A stretch of 63,261 bases of DNA, counting the filler, from Stramenopiles sp. TOSAG23-2 (lineage: Eukaryota): NCBI GenBank assembly GCA_900128395.1. It is 8 parts of 8 records of this genome, joined end to end, with 100 filler letters (N's around TTAATTAATTAA, not from the genome) between each part and the next. Parts side by side here need not be neighbours in the genome. Positions count along the whole stretch, not along the records: positions 26,739 to 53,349 come from LT649430.1; positions 53,450 to 55,002 come from LT652689.1; positions 55,103 to 56,654 come from LT652690.1; 5 more parts are not named here. The stretch is one strand, 5' to 3'. Made by a program: the position numbers and the translations under genes. The notes under the pieces were generated by a model. That model ran no database searches and was not told where the DNA came from. It was given only the letters and a program-made list of their open reading frames with translations. Positions 44,750 through 56,654 of this stretch are shown here, in pieces; the stretch's first letter is position 1, and each line of letters opens with the position of its first letter.

Positions 44750-46114
44750 TCACAACGCATCATCTAAATTAAATCCTAAACCTCTTTCCAATAGAAAATC
44801 TTTCATAGAAGGATCTAAATGTACAGCATTTTCTGCCCAACGAATGGATTTTACTCGATCTATTTTTATATCATGGTAAAACATCGCCGTTAACGCTAAG
44901 CAATGACCATCTGCATGTCCACCTGCATCAATTGCCTTTTCAAAAAACTTCTCAGCAAGGTTGACATCTACATCGTTTTGAAAAAATAATGCCGCATCTA
45001 AAAATGCATTATATGATGGTGGTGGATCACATTCTTCCGCCATTTGTTTAAATTCATCACTTGCGCCTTTAATATCTTCTTGGCAATGACACAATATCAT
45101 TGCATATCGCCAACGAGATCGAAAATCTTGTGGATGCTCTTTCGCATGTTCCCGAACTGCATCTGCAATTTCTTCTATAATTTCTAGTTGTTTTGGCTCA
45201 TCTGCAAAGTGTGTATATAAATGCAAATTTTGTTGTACTACAACGGATATTGGACGTAAAGAAATATCAAAATCAAAAAAATCATGAAATGTATGTATAT
45301 GATTTTTATCAAAAATTGCATGGTATTTATGTTCCCATTGATGATCATCATGGACCGCCATTGCAGCTATTTTGACACTATATGCAGCAATAAAAATATT
45401 ATAACTTTGTTGTACAAAATTACCACGGCCTTGACTTTTCCATTTTTTATTATTTACTGCATCCAATGCAATATGAAACCTTTTCGATGCAAACGTAAAA
45501 TCATGTGGTTCCGTTCTATATGTTTGTATTGCTAAATTACATAAATTTACAGGATCAATGACATTTGGCGATAATTCACGAGCATTTATATATTGTTCAT
45601 TCGATTCCACGTCTTTGTCACCAAGTGATTCTAAAAATAATGCATGGTCAGATAATAAATGTGCTTTTGTCATTTCATTATCACCTGCACTAGCTAATGC
45701 TTTATTAAAATATTTTTCTGCATTTTCATTATCCTGTTTTAATATCCAATAATAAAGTGCAAAAACGGAATATGTTAAACATCCATCAAAACGCTCTCTT
45801 TCAATGAGTTTTTCTGCTGAACGTAAAATTTTCTCCGCTCGTATTGCATCTTTTTCACCTCGTATTATAATTAAAAATAATCCATAAGTTGCTAAATTGT
45901 CTATATCATGAGGATGTTTTCTATGTCGTGTAGTAAATTTTTTTTCTAATTGCATTTTTGTAAATATTTCTATCTCTTCTATATCGTCTTCATCGTCTCC
46001 ATCATCGCGTTCAGTAATAGCTTCGGTAAATACTTCTATACCATCTTGAGTAAACTGATCTAATTCACCATCTTCTAATCCACCCCTTGCTGCACAACAT
46101 AATTTATTTCCCAT
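44750..46114 (-). CDS. TPR-like helical-repeat protein with predicted N-myristoylation/palmitoylation
   Basis: Likely start MGNKLCC at 46114; AEKYFNKAL and AEKFFEKAI TPR-like helices. Confidence 0.75.
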   Translation of the reverse strand: MGNKLCCAARGGLEDGELDQFTQDGIEVFTEAITERDDGDDEDDIEEIEIFTKMQLEKKFTTRHRKHPHDIDNLATYGLFLIIIRGEKDAIRAEKILRSAEKLIERERFDGCLTYSVFALYYWILKQDNENAEKYFNKALASAGDNEMTKAHLLSDHALFLESLGDKDVESNEQYINARELSPNVIDPVNLCNLAIQTYRTEPHDFTFASKRFHIALDAVNNKKWKSQGRGNFVQQSYNIFIAAYSVKIAAMAVHDDHQWEHKYHAIFDKNHIHTFHDFFDFDISLRPISVVVQQNLHLYTHFADEPKQLEIIEEIADAVREHAKEHPQDFRSRWRYAMILCHCQEDIKGASDEFKQMAEECDPPPSYNAFLDAALFFQNDVDVNLAEKFFEKAIDAGGHADGHCLALTAMFYHDIKIDRVKSIRWAENAVHLDPSMKDFLLERGLGFNLDDAL

Positions 46115-46864
46115 TGCAATAATAAGTAAAAAAAATACAGTGTATTTATATTCTATATAAATTAATATTTTAAATTGTTGATTAATAACTTGGTTTTTAT
46201 GTACAATAATAGTATTAATCACGCAAAAACGATGGGTTGATTGCTTTCCAAAATGACAATATATATAATATATATATACCTATATAGTATATCAATTTAA
46301 TCCGATTTTTTTGTCGTACAAATAATATGTCTGTATAAGATATATATTGATCTAAAAAATATTGAAGAGTATATATAGACTATAATTATATTTGTATGTA
46401 TTATTATTATGGATGGCATAGAAGTCTTTTTTTTGTTGTGTGTGCGTGTGTATGTGTTGTTGTTGATGATAATAAAATAAGTAACTGACTATAATTAGAA
46501 GAATAGTGTAATAGTAAAAATGAAATTTTCTATTTCTCGGTATATTAATAAAATGCACTATAATAAAGGCTGGAAAGCCTGGAAAGCCTGGAAAGGTTAA
46601 GGTGAAAATGTTATAATAGCGAACACAGGCTCGGCCGCGGCACCGCCGGCAGGAGTTTAACAACTTATACGCGAATACATAAAAATATATTATGTCCACA
46701 TCTCTAATAACAAAACGCAAAGTGTGCATAGATCGCTGATATAGAAAGAAATACAGTATTTGTTTCATTAATATATATATATATATATACGCCATAAATC
46801 ATTTAAATATATATGACATATATTATATTTTACTAACTATAATTTCAAATTATTTTTATTACCT

Positions 46865-47362
46865 ATGGATAGACGATATATATCAGAAACTGCGCCAATT
46901 TTTTGGAGTAATTTACATAGGTTAAAATTAAACAAAGGACGTGTGACGATTAATAATATTGTTGATCAAATTAAACGTGATTTTGGAATCGATGTATCGA
47001 GAAATGAAGTATTAGAAGTGTTATTTGCAGATGAAATTAAACAAAACAGTAGGAAAGGTACATTGCAAACGTCACCTATCGTAAAACCACCATCAAAACG
47101 ACCAAAAAGTGCACCGTACAGGAAAAATCCAAGAACAAAAAGACAAGTTGATAAGCGAATTAAACCGATTCAATATCGCCCAGTGACACCTGTATATCGC
47201 GCATCATGGACTGCTGATAAATTAGTTGAAATGAAAAATAATCGTAGCAGTATGTATCGCAAACGTACTGCGCATTATAACCATGTAAGAAGAATACGAC
47301 GTCCAAGTTTAAAACCATATCCTGGTGGTGGAAGTCCAAAAGCACCAGCATTTCGTATTTAA
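46865..47362 (+). CDS. Hypothetical basic protein
   Basis: 165-aa ATG-initiated ORF, Arg/Lys/Pro-rich (RPKSAP). Confidence 0.6.
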   Translation: MDRRYISETAPIFWSNLHRLKLNKGRVTINNIVDQIKRDFGIDVSRNEVLEVLFADEIKQNSRKGTLQTSPIVKPPSKRPKSAPYRKNPRTKRQVDKRIKPIQYRPVTPVYRASWTADKLVEMKNNRSSMYRKRTAHYNHVRRIRRPSLKPYPGGGSPKAPAFRI

Positions 47363-48198
47363 AACTCGCAAAAAAAAAAAGGCACAAAGAGGTAATTTTT
47401 TTTTATTACGAATCAAATAAAAATGTGTAATGCAGTAACAGCTAAAAATAATTTAATTAAAAAAGTCAAATTTGATACGAAGCGTTAATAATAAAAATAA
47501 AAAAACAAATACAATATGGAAATATGTCAAAGCAGCGAGAAAAAAAGGAATCGATGCAGATTTAGAAGAAAGAAGAAGGGGTGTGTTTAAAAAGCTCGTT
47601 TTTTTTTTTTCCTTTTTTTTGTGGTGCGTTGTAATGTGAAGTTGAAAAAATTTAATCCTTTGGATTTAGGCAAAAAAATATAATTTAAAATATAATTGGA
47701 TCATACGTTCGGTACAAAATATTTGAGAGAGGAGAGCGCATATTATTTTTTAACGTAAACTTCGTACCGAATTGGTAGTATTTTATCATGCACCGGGAAG
47801 TTAAAATTATATATATATTATATGAGTGATATTGATAAATATTGGCTTGGGTTTTAAAGTTTATTCTTTTGAGAGTAGGAATTATCACAAGTAGAAATAA
47901 AAAACTTTTTATAAAAAAAAAAAATATAATTATATATACTTCTTTCGGTAAAAACTTAAAACTTTTATTTTAGAGAGCGCGCGAGATATTTTTAAACACA
48001 CTTAGATTTTTAACGCCCAATTTATTTAATATTTTTGAAAAAAATACAAAACACACCACACTGGTAATCTCGTGTCAAGTATGAATACTCGTCGTGTGTA
48101 CTCGTACCGATTTAAAACACACCACGATATACCATTATCTTTTTCTGTAACATATAAAATAATTATTTTTTAATAAATATATATGACATATAAAATGA

Positions 48199-49755
48199 TT
48201 ACTCCATGGCCATATTCATACTACCCATATAAATTCCAAATATCATAATACCAATGATAATAAATATATCTGATATTTCTAATCGCATGATTTTTTCAAA
48301 TGTACTATATTTACGCATTGGGCATTTTCCTTCTTTTTCCATTATTACTGTGTTCTTATCTTTCGTTTTTTTCATATTCTTCATTTTGCTTTGATTTACT
48401 TTGATACCACCTTTGCCTAATCCTCCAACACCTGGCCATAGAACTTTATTTTCATTTAATTTTGGATGTCCATATTTATTTAACTTTTGTAATAATAAAC
48501 GATTATTACTATCTGTATTATTATCATATTTTGGTATATTTTCAACACCTTTGATATCTTCAATATCTTTCGTTTCAATTAAATTATTATTACAATCATC
48601 CATATGTTTAACTTCATCCTCATTACTACCTGCTTTTACTACTAATTGACCACATGCACTTGCAATATCAGCACCCATTTCTTTTCGAATTGTTGTTGCA
48701 ACTTTATATTGTTTAAACAAAACACTTTGAAATTTTAACACATCTTCCATTTTTGTTGGAAGATATGGTGCATTTACATCTGTATTATTATATGGTATTA
48801 AATTTATTGTAACATTTTTACCTTGTAACAATTGCCCTAATTCATTTGCCACTTTTTCGCTATCATTGACGCCATTTAATAGTACATATTCAACAAGCAA
48901 TTTACGTTTTGTTTTATTTAAATACAAATCAACCGTATCCATTAATTTATGCAATGGAAACCCTTTTGCACTTGGAACAAAACTTTTACGTAATTCTTGA
49001 GTAGGTGCATGTAATGATAATGCTAAATTGACATTTGGCAAATCATTGATGAATTTTTTCATCGGGCCAGGTACACCTACTGTACTGACGGTTACACGAT
49101 TTGGACTTAATTTAAAACGATGTGGATCAATCATTGCATTCACAGCTGCTTTGACATTTTCATAATTATTCATTGGTTCCCCCATCCCCATGAACACAAT
49201 ATTTCGTATTTCAGCAAATTGTCTAGCAAAAATTAATTGTTCTAGGATTTCTCCACTTGTTAAATGTCCAATCTCACCCATGGTGCCAGTTGCACAAAAT
49301 GTACATGCCATTTTGCATCCAATCTGAGAGCTTACACATAAAGTTGTCCTTTTCTCACCATCTGGGCTACGTGCAGTTACTGCACCATGTCGTATAATTA
49401 CTGTCTCAATACGCAACCCATCTTGCAATTCAATTAATAATTTTGTTGTTGATTGGTCTTTACAAGTAATTGCACTTACTACTTTTGATGTAAACATGGA
49501 AAATTGCTTTTCCAATTCTGGTAAAATACGCATTGGAAAATCAATAATATTATCAATATTTTGTATAGATCCATTTGGTGTTCTCAATAAATATTTATAG
49601 ATACGTCTTGCATGTAATATTTTCGTATTTTGTGATAATAAAAAATTATGTAATGCTGGTGCATCCCATATTGATTTTTTATTTAATAATTTAATACGAT
49701 GACGACGATTTCCTTTATATTTTCTTGGTGGTGGTTGTGGTGGTGGTTGTGCCAT
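48199..49755 (-). CDS. RlmN/Cfr-family radical SAM RNA methyltransferase
   Basis: CVSSQIGCKMACTFC (CxxxCxxC), VFMGMGEP, SLHAP, EYVLLNGVND, NLIPYN and ACGQL motifs; hydrophobic C-terminal tail. Confidence 0.95.
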   Translation of the reverse strand: MAQPPPQPPPRKYKGNRRHRIKLLNKKSIWDAPALHNFLLSQNTKILHARRIYKYLLRTPNGSIQNIDNIIDFPMRILPELEKQFSMFTSKVVSAITCKDQSTTKLLIELQDGLRIETVIIRHGAVTARSPDGEKRTTLCVSSQIGCKMACTFCATGTMGEIGHLTSGEILEQLIFARQFAEIRNIVFMGMGEPMNNYENVKAAVNAMIDPHRFKLSPNRVTVSTVGVPGPMKKFINDLPNVNLALSLHAPTQELRKSFVPSAKGFPLHKLMDTVDLYLNKTKRKLLVEYVLLNGVNDSEKVANELGQLLQGKNVTINLIPYNNTDVNAPYLPTKMEDVLKFQSVLFKQYKVATTIRKEMGADIASACGQLVVKAGSNEDEVKHMDDCNNNLIETKDIEDIKGVENIPKYDNNTDSNNRLLLQKLNKYGHPKLNENKVLWPGVGGLGKGGIKVNQSKMKNMKKTKDKNTVIMEKEGKCPMRKYSTFEKIMRLEISDIFIIIGIMIFGIYMGSMNMAME

Positions 49756-50224
49756 AGTTTTTTTTTATATTAAAAAGACTGTGAATGTTGGTAATATATA
49801 TATATATTTATGTATGTATTGATGATGTATATTCATATATCGATATACAATGACTTTATTTCTTGTTGAGAGATATATCTTGTTGTTTCTATGTGTGTTG
49901 TTGAGGTGGTGGTTGGATGTAAGATGGATTTTATATTAATAGCATTGACATAGCATTGGATTAACAAATTTCAACAAAATCTCTCTAACTACCACCAGTG
50001 GTATGTATATATGGCACTTAATAATATCAGTGATTTTCGTTCAAACAAACTGTTTCCTAAACCATTTTCAGATATACCATGTGGTACATTTGAAAGAGAT
50101 GTATAGATTTTTGTCGATTGACATAAGCAATCGAAAAAATCATCATGTGATTTAATTTTAAATTCACAAAAGTCAGGACTGTTTGGTGTAAATTGTTTGT
50201 CTCCATTTTGACTTACAGAACATA

Positions 50225-50590
50225 TCAAACAATGATTTCCCAGAAGAAAAAATGCATTTGTTGATACCGGTGATCATCTTTGTACCACTTGTCCTCCACC
50301 ATCTTCTTTGCTTCTGCTTTGGTGGAAACAAATTTGGACAGAAAAACACTTTGGTTTTTTCGCGAGTTTTGCCCAATGTAATGCCTCAGGCGGCATCTTT
50401 TATTTTCTAAATAATAGCCAACTGTTTTTTTCTTTGTAATATCAAATCCATCATCAGCATTTTGCTGATTTAATTCAGCCAGCAAATTTTTATACCGGTG
50501 ATCTTTTTCCCACCAACAATTGGCTACCATCCTTTTTGCTTCTGCTTTGGTGGAAACAGATTTCGATTTGACAGAAAAACACTTTCAGTC
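50225..50590 (-). pseudogene. Degenerate tandem copies of the N-terminal module of the 26835-28040 protein
   Basis: Encodes SKSVSTKAEAKRMV..DHRYKNLLAEL..GYYLENKRCRLRHYIGQNSRKNQSVFLSKFVSTKAEAKKMVEDKWYKDDHRY; frameshift near 50565. Confidence 0.75.
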
Positions 50591-51470
50591 ACTATATTTT
50601 CAAAAAAACGTGATAATGAAGTGCATGATCTGAAGAAAAAAGTGCATGATGCAACATGGAAAAAAATCCAAAATGAAATCAACAAGGTGCAGCACAAAGT
50701 TCAAAAAAAGTATAAAACACAAAAACCATCAGATGTACGGCCAATTTTTGGAAGAGTAATTTATTACACTGAAAACGGAATTATAAAAACAAGATCAACT
50801 CAAAGTAAAATGCTTTACAATCCTGTACTTCATCCATTAAGAAGTAACAAGCAAAAAGCAGAAAAATTAATAAACAAAGTCACCCTGCATTAACTGGTAT
50901 GTCAAGCTTGGACAGTTGGTATGATGTGGGTTGCATATTGCAAGTTTGCAACAACAAAACACAAATGTAATTCAGCATCTGCATTTCTTCAAATGAACGA
51001 TTAAAGCAGGTTTGAAGTTTGAAGAAGAGTGAAAAATTAAGACTTTTTCGGCAGTATTGGGGAGAGGACCCATATAAGTAAAATCACTTCCAACCTTTGT
51101 AAAAGGTAATTATAGGTATGAAAAATTACCAGATGACCCACAACAAAAATGTGTACAGTACATATGCAGTATAGTGTACAGCACTATTTTCATGTTCCTT
51201 GTAGGTTTTCCAAGGTATAGTATGGACACAGCAAAGACCCATACAGTAGGTATAGACATTGACACTGCACATCATTGATCCCAACCTTAACCTTTTCTTT
51301 CCAATTTCCATCCAATAATAATAATCAATAATAATAATAATAATAATCTCGTGCATATTATACCAAAATGTACAAAAAAAAACCACACATTACACACACA
51401 ATATAATACTAATTATATCAAAACAACAACATCATCATCATCATCATCAACAACAATAACATTGAACAAC

Positions 51471-52430
51471 ATGGCATTGAATATGCATGATGATAATATT
51501 AATCCATTGCGTCCACCTAGGAACAATGAAGGGGATCCTGTGAAATTATTATTTCAGGAGTCCATGGTAAAGGAAAAATTTGGCATCCAAATTAATAACT
51601 TGCCAAAAAAACTTTTGGTGAAAAGGAATACTGCAATATATGCAACAATTGCAGAAGCAATTTTTTGCATTGTAAGTATACCCTTAGGTGCAGTTGGAAG
51701 GGGATTGAGCCGTGCCTCTTTATATATCAATATTGTCACGCTTGGGATGGCAATAATTGGTTGTTGGGCCTGCATCCATTTGAAAGGGCCATGGGTTCAA
51801 GCACATTATTTAACAACATTTAGTCTTACTGGGTTATTTGTATTATATTGTATTATAATTGCAGCTGTTACAGGCTCGGATAATATTTTGATTTTACTAG
51901 TTTTGGTTATATTTATGATAAGCGATGTGGTTGCTGGTGTATATACCTATTTATTTATGCGGGAATATAATCAATTCAAAAAGGATATCGTAGCTGGAAA
52001 ATATAATGATGTAAGAAGAGGTAGTGAAGCTGTAGCCAATAATAATAATAATAACAACAACAACAACAACAACAACAACAATCCAGCTGCTACACCTCCA
52101 GTCACCTCCTCTAGCTTTAATAATAGTACAGCAGTTGCACCAATAATGTCGGAGGATGATGTTATAAAACGCCGTATGACATATCCAAACTGCCCAGATC
52201 TATATAAATGTCCAATTACAACAGATATAATGTTTGATCCTGTCACTGCTGAAGATGGGTATACATATGAACGTGAAGCAATATTAGAATGGTTTGTAAA
52301 TAATTCAACAAGTCCAATGACAAATGTGATGATTGGGAAAAATATAATACCAAATCATGCAATCAAAAGTGCTGCAATGGAATATATGGACAAAGTTGAT
52401 CGAGATAATAAAACAGAAGAAATGGTTTGA
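51471..52430 (+). CDS. U-box E3 ligase with about four N-terminal transmembrane helices
   Basis: PDLYKCPITTDIMFDPVTAEDGYTYEREAI..SPMTN..IPNHAIK U-box; first ATG at 51471. Confidence 0.9.
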   Translation: MALNMHDDNINPLRPPRNNEGDPVKLLFQESMVKEKFGIQINNLPKKLLVKRNTAIYATIAEAIFCIVSIPLGAVGRGLSRASLYINIVTLGMAIIGCWACIHLKGPWVQAHYLTTFSLTGLFVLYCIIIAAVTGSDNILILLVLVIFMISDVVAGVYTYLFMREYNQFKKDIVAGKYNDVRRGSEAVANNNNNNNNNNNNNNNPAATPPVTSSSFNNSTAVAPIMSEDDVIKRRMTYPNCPDLYKCPITTDIMFDPVTAEDGYTYEREAILEWFVNNSTSPMTNVMIGKNIIPNHAIKSAAMEYMDKVDRDNKTEEMV

Positions 52431-52880
52431 GTTGTGTCACGTAAATATAAAAAAATATTTGAAAAAAAAATATATACTCGTATCTCTCCCAGTATTTAAT
52501 AAAATTTAAATATATCTCTCATATTTTTTAAAAAAAAACTACATGTGTCGGTATAAAAATATAATTGGTTATAAAATCTATACCTGCTGAAGTTATTTAA
52601 TAATTTTACTTCCCCGTGCTAAAGTAATATTCGTACGGATCGTATGAAATATATATACAAAAAGTATATTACATTTTTAAATCTATTATCTCATTAATTA
52701 CGAATCGTACTTCGTACTTTTGAAATTTTGAAATTTTTAATATGACACTTGTGTAAATGTACGTTCGTACGATATATAATGGCATGAGACTTCGTATGCA
52801 TATATTAGTGGTCATTACTTTCATCTCTCTCGGCCTAAAAAAAACAAAACACGTACACACACGCCTGACACCAACAATTT

Positions 52881-53349
52881 TTATTTAATATCTCCACAAC
52901 GTTTTAAAATCTTTTTTGCACGAACATGGTTTGAATCTTCATTTAAAAGTTTATATGCCCAACGGATACTCTCTTTGCAATTTTCAAGAGAGTTTAAATA
53001 AATAACTGCAATATTTATCATAGCATCTGTTGCTTTTGGTTTTATCTCTAAACTTTTTACAAAAAATTGAATTGCTTGTTCGAATTTTTTCAACTTATTC
53101 ATTGCATTTCCTAAATTATAATAGGCATCTGAATTATCTGGAAATAACTCTATTTCCTTTTGTAGAAATGCAACTTTTTTATTCAAATCATCTTGATATT
53201 TAGCCATCTTTTCATTAATTAATGGATATTCTGGATTTAATTTATATGCAACTTGGTAACTTTCATATGCAGTAAGCGTGAAACGATCTTCTTTGATACA
53301 ACAATTTAGGAAAGCATATGGATCAGATGATTTTGAACGTGTACGTGAT
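52881..53349 (-). CDS. TPR protein, 3' part (5' end lost at the contig end)
   Basis: AYYNLGNAMNKLKKFEQAIQFFVKSLEIKP TPR; the frame is open up to the linker. Confidence 0.8.
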
Positions 53350-53926
53350 NNNNNNNNNNNNNNNNNNNNNNNNNNNNNNNNNNNNNNNNNNNNTTAATTA
53401 ATTAANNNNNNNNNNNNNNNNNNNNNNNNNNNNNNNNNNNNNNNNNNNNTTAGAGTAGAGAAGAAAAGTGTTGTTGTGAGTGAGTGAGTCAGGATGGAGT
53501 GAGTGAGTAAGTCTTTGACACATTAAAGAGAAATTAAAATACTGGGCCAGTAATATTAACAGGGTCACAGGGTCTTTCCGGGAGATGGGGGTTTTATGTT
53601 TTCTTTCGACATCTCCTTCAAAAAATTTTTTAGCATCTTAGCTTTTTTAGAGAGTTTTAGAGTTTTTGACACACATTTTTATAAAATATTTCGTAATATA
53701 ATTAAAATAATTACACTGGAGGTACGCGTACGTAATTGTTTCTCTGTTTTTAGGAAAAAAATCAACACACCCCGACAAAATTAAATATCTCTACTCCAGC
53801 ATTTCCCCCACATATTACGAAGTTTGTAACATTTTTTTTAAACTCTTTATTTCTGCTTTTAATGCATCAATTTCCTTTACCAAACGAGCATTATTATCAT
53901 CTTTTTCTTGTTCTTTAATGCCCCCT

Positions 53927-54760
53927 TTAATTCCCATCTCCTACCCACTTACCATTTCTATCATAATGGTTTGCTTTCCCCCCGTGCTGACGTATTAATT
54001 GAACGATGTCATTTTTAATTGGACTGTCATTCCACTTATACGCGAAATCCAAGGGAGTGAATCCCTTTCCCAAGTAGCGTGCCTTCTTATTGATGGACTC
54101 CAATGACATCTTCTTTAATAGTGACTCTGTGCATCTTGTTGACTTTTTATTATAATGTGCACTCCAGTGCAGTGCATTCCATGTACCACTTGTAATGTTA
54201 GGATCACAGCCAGAGTCTAAAAGTAGTACTAACACTTTGTGCCTTTCATAAAATACCGACATCATCAATGTATGACACTCATCACCATCACTATCCTTAC
54301 CAACCTCATCCAATAACTTCCTCACAGTAACACCAGTGCCATCCACATCATGGCATTCAACGAATAATTTCAAGAATAATTTCAAGTCCTCCAAACGACC
54401 TTTTTCACACATAACTACGATTGGCGTGCCTTGCGGAAATTCTTTTTTATATTCCTGCTTTAAGTAATCCATAAATTGTATTTTATATGGATATTGTATA
54501 TTTGTACACAGTTGATATAACGTAAAATCATTTTGACTTTTACAAAACAATTGAAGAAATGATGAATATATCAATGAACTTAATGATTTCATATCTAACA
54601 TTGTAAGTATGGTGTAAACAACATTTCGTCCAGCACCACCACCTTGCAATATATCAATGAACGATCGATCAACAATATCATTTGAATCATCATCGCCATC
54701 TTTGCTTTCATCATCGTTATTATTATTATTATTATTTGTTAGTTCAATAACACAATTCAT
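53927..54760 (-). CDS. Ankyrin-repeat protein
   Basis: TPIVVMCEKG, WNALHWSA, GFTPLDFA..IVQLIRQHGG. Confidence 0.85.
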   Translation of the reverse strand: MNCVIELTNNNNNNNDDESKDGDDDSNDIVDRSFIDILQGGGAGRNVVYTILTMLDMKSLSSLIYSSFLQLFCKSQNDFTLYQLCTNIQYPYKIQFMDYLKQEYKKEFPQGTPIVVMCEKGRLEDLKLFLKLFVECHDVDGTGVTVRKLLDEVGKDSDGDECHTLMMSVFYERHKVLVLLLDSGCDPNITSGTWNALHWSAHYNKKSTRCTESLLKKMSLESINKKARYLGKGFTPLDFAYKWNDSPIKNDIVQLIRQHGGKANHYDRNGKWVGDGN

Positions 54761-55647
54761 TTTTGATATTATTTATTAGTTTTATTGGTCTTTTAATATT
54801 TTTTAATGTTTGTATTGTTTTAATACTAATTATCAAGAGATATGCGCTTGCTTTGAATTAGAGATAAAAGATGATGTGTTTTCGATTTTAATTGCCGTTA
54901 TGTGATATACGTACGTATAATTAAGATTAAAAAACACTTACAGGAGGTGTCCTCGTATATGTAATTGCGTAAATGCAATAATAGATTTTCTTTTTACTTT
55001 CTNNNNNNNNNNNNNNNNNNNNNNNNNNNNNNNNNNNNNNNNNNNNTTAATTAATTAANNNNNNNNNNNNNNNNNNNNNNNNNNNNNNNNNNNNNNNNNN
55101 NNAAAGTTGATCGACACATAGTATGATGTAATCTCTCTCATTGAAAGAAAGAATATATATATATATTTATAAATATTATTTATATTTCATAATATAATAA
55201 TTAGTAATATTTAAATATATATTTATAAAAAAACTACGAAGTAAGAAACATGAGATCTGTTCGTGGAAAAAAAAGGATCTTACTAGTTCATACGAATAGA
55301 AATGTGTGTGTGTGTGTGTTTGAGGGAGAGGGAAAAGGAATGACTTTTCAATATTATGAACGAAAAAGTATCAAAATATGTACGAGTATACGAACCTCGT
55401 ATATTATATAAAATTATATACGAACCGTATATACGAACTTCGTACGTATGATACGAGCCGTAGCATCTAGCAATATACTCGTATATTATATTATTTAATA
55501 TATTTTATGATACATGATATAATATATATCTAGCATTTTTAATGCACATACACACAAAAACTTTACGAAAAAATAAATTACGTTCGTAAGAGCTTAAAAA
55601 CATTCTTTTTTCGGACACTTCTTCTTTTTTACGACACTTTTGCCTTT

Positions 55648-56130
55648 TTAACGTTTTCTTCCCCCACTGGATGAACCGCGTTGATGTGCTCCCAACATTT
55701 GTTGTTTTTCCATCAGCTCTAAAATTTTATTTAATTTCTTATCTACATCACCTCTTAAAGCACCAACTTCTTTGCTGACAGTCTTTTTTAACTCAATTAA
55801 CTGACCATGCCAATGCCCGTCGTCTAGCTCTGTATCTAACGGCGATAACATTACAAGCCATCGCGGATTTAAAATAGGATCTTTTTTTGATGCGTACTGC
55901 TCCAGTAAATCAACAACAACTTGTGCACGACTTAACGCTGTATAAATTGAATTATATGAAATTAAATTTTTAAATCGTTGTTTACGTGTTTTGTTTGTTT
56001 CGTTGTGTTTGGTAATGATGCTTTTACATTGACATTTATGTTTGTATTTTCTTAGATTTTGCACGAAAAAGGGTGGTTCATATAATAATAAAATTTTTTT
56101 ATTTTTAGCATCAGTTACGTCGTCATATGC
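55648..56130 (-). pseudogene. Orphan C-terminal fragment resembling the post-S6 tail of TRP-like channels
   Basis: AYDDV...ALSRAQVVVDLLE..PRWLVML..WHGQLIELKK followed by a coiled coil; stops immediately upstream and no TM exons seen on the contig. Confidence 0.4.
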
Positions 56131-56599
56131 ACATTATTATCACAGCAAATGTGCCATGTTTTTGTCACAACTATGACTTTAGCAGGTACGCAGGTACACA
56201 GTCTTATAGCAGGACAAACAATACCAACAAGTATCACTATAGATAGAAGACTAGCTCAAAACAACAACTAGTACATTAAGCTCATAAGCTCAAAACAACA
56301 AATGTGCAAATCAATCAGATTCACAGTCGTCTTTATCTTTGACTTCCTGGACGGACTTCATCTTAATCTTCGTTCTTCTCTCTTCTCCATCAATATTATA
56401 TAAACTATTATAGAATAGTGCAATATAAATAAAAATTAATAATGAATAAGTAAATGAAATAAAATATTTACTCAATCAAACGACAAAAAAGAAAAGTCAA
56501 ATCTTTTAATTCTAAATATTAAAAGAATATTCCATACTATCATTTCATATAATAATTAAAATATACATACATACGTACATAAACTCTTATACAAAAAGA

Positions 56600-56654
56600 A
56601 TGTCATCATCGGTACCAGAACCATGGGGAAAATATTTCTCAAAGTCAAAACAAG
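56600..56654 (+). CDS. 5' start of a WW-domain protein (truncated by the contig end)
   Basis: MSSSVPEPWGKYFSKSKQ matches the first half of a WW domain (xPxxWxxxxSxS). Confidence 0.5.
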
